From Atractiella rhizophila (lineage: Eukaryota): 46,647 nt of DNA. Positions 46,001 to 46,647 of the stretch are shown one piece after another; within the stretch, counting starts at the first letter, position 1; every line of letters starts with the position of its first letter. A program made the translations under genes and the position numbers. The notes under the pieces were generated by a model. The model was not told the origin of the DNA and did not search any database. It saw only the letters and a list, made by a program, of their open reading frames with translations. The stretch covers positions 263,189-309,835 of the forward strand of contig MU271181.1 in the NCBI GenBank assembly GCA_021432655.1, written 5' to 3'.

Positions 46001-46389
46001 CAGAACTAGGTCGTTTCAGTGACAACTTACTTATCGGCTCTCGCGCTGGCCATGTAGCCCTCTCCAACTCATCTGACGCGAATTCTATCGTGCTTCGAAC
46101 GGGAGCTGAAGCGGCACGGTCGTTGAACAGTATCCTGACATCGGAGCTCAAATTAGTTGCAACAGTGAATATTCACAATGTCACCACCCTGTCTGCTCCA
46201 GTGGGAGAACGCTATGTAGTCGACGTCTCTCTTCCTCAGCTCGTGGCCTCTGGCGTGATGTTCGCAATACTTTCACTACTTTTACTTGTCTTCCAAGTCA
46301 GAACGAGGTTGAGAAAGTTCACTCTTGCTGGAATATTACTGGCAGGAGGCACGGACTTGCAGGACTGGAATAGAATGACTGACGATTGA
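43030..46389 (+). CDS. Large multi-pass membrane protein with two homologous halves; 5' part apparently disrupted
   Basis: Long ORFs 43244-43669, 43629-44900 and 44929-46389. Intron ~44846-44917 joins RSE/EWTRL. Hydrophobic TM segments and many N-x-S/T sites. Frame change near 43630-43660. Start not resolved. Confidence 0.65.
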
Positions 46390-46647
46390 GAACACCAATG
46401 GTTTGCAATTTCAATGATAGATTTAATCTGTACTATTACATGTAATGTCGACGTAACAGCAATTTTGACAATGCCAACCATTATCCAGAAGATCGACGTC
46501 ACGGTAGGAATAACGTATGGACCTGGGTCTATGCCTGTTACTGACGCCCTATTCTGTGAGGCAGTTGCGTTCGCGCCTGTCCCTCCCATCGGGTCACTGG
46601 ACGGCGAGATCTCATGAAGGACGACGGAGAGCTCAAATGCCTCAAAA

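Noticed and set aside
46236..46647. Minus-strand ORF at the window edge
   Set aside because: Truncated by the window, overlaps the membrane-protein stop, and has no recognisable motif.

Overview
Eukaryotic DNA, most likely a basidiomycete fungus (inferred from short 45-75 nt GT-AG introns and the gene families present). It is a decayed accessory region. Two intact five-exon paralogues encode a Crinkler-type ubiquitin-like N-terminus + PD-(D/E)xK-like nuclease + C-terminal kinase (962-3365 and 28514-30926). A third, unrelated nuclease-kinase gene lies head-to-head with the second and is broken only by nonsense codons. Also present are an intact tropomyosin, a large internally duplicated membrane-protein gene, and broken copies of core genes (FHA-kinase Chk2/Rad53 x2, xylitol/sorbitol dehydrogenase, hybrid histidine kinase). 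Transposon relics include a full-length pogo/Fot1 element with TIRs and TA TSD, a hAT right end, solo LTRs with 5-bp TSDs, and CACTA-like and LINE-like pieces. The most unusual feature is an unannotated ~135-165 bp non-coding element with terminal inverted repeats and three internal hairpins. It occurs as four near-full and at least three partial copies, shows stem-preserving variation, and repeatedly sits just upstream of gene or gene-fragment starts, including both Crinkler-type genes. All calls were made by eye; no database searches were run.
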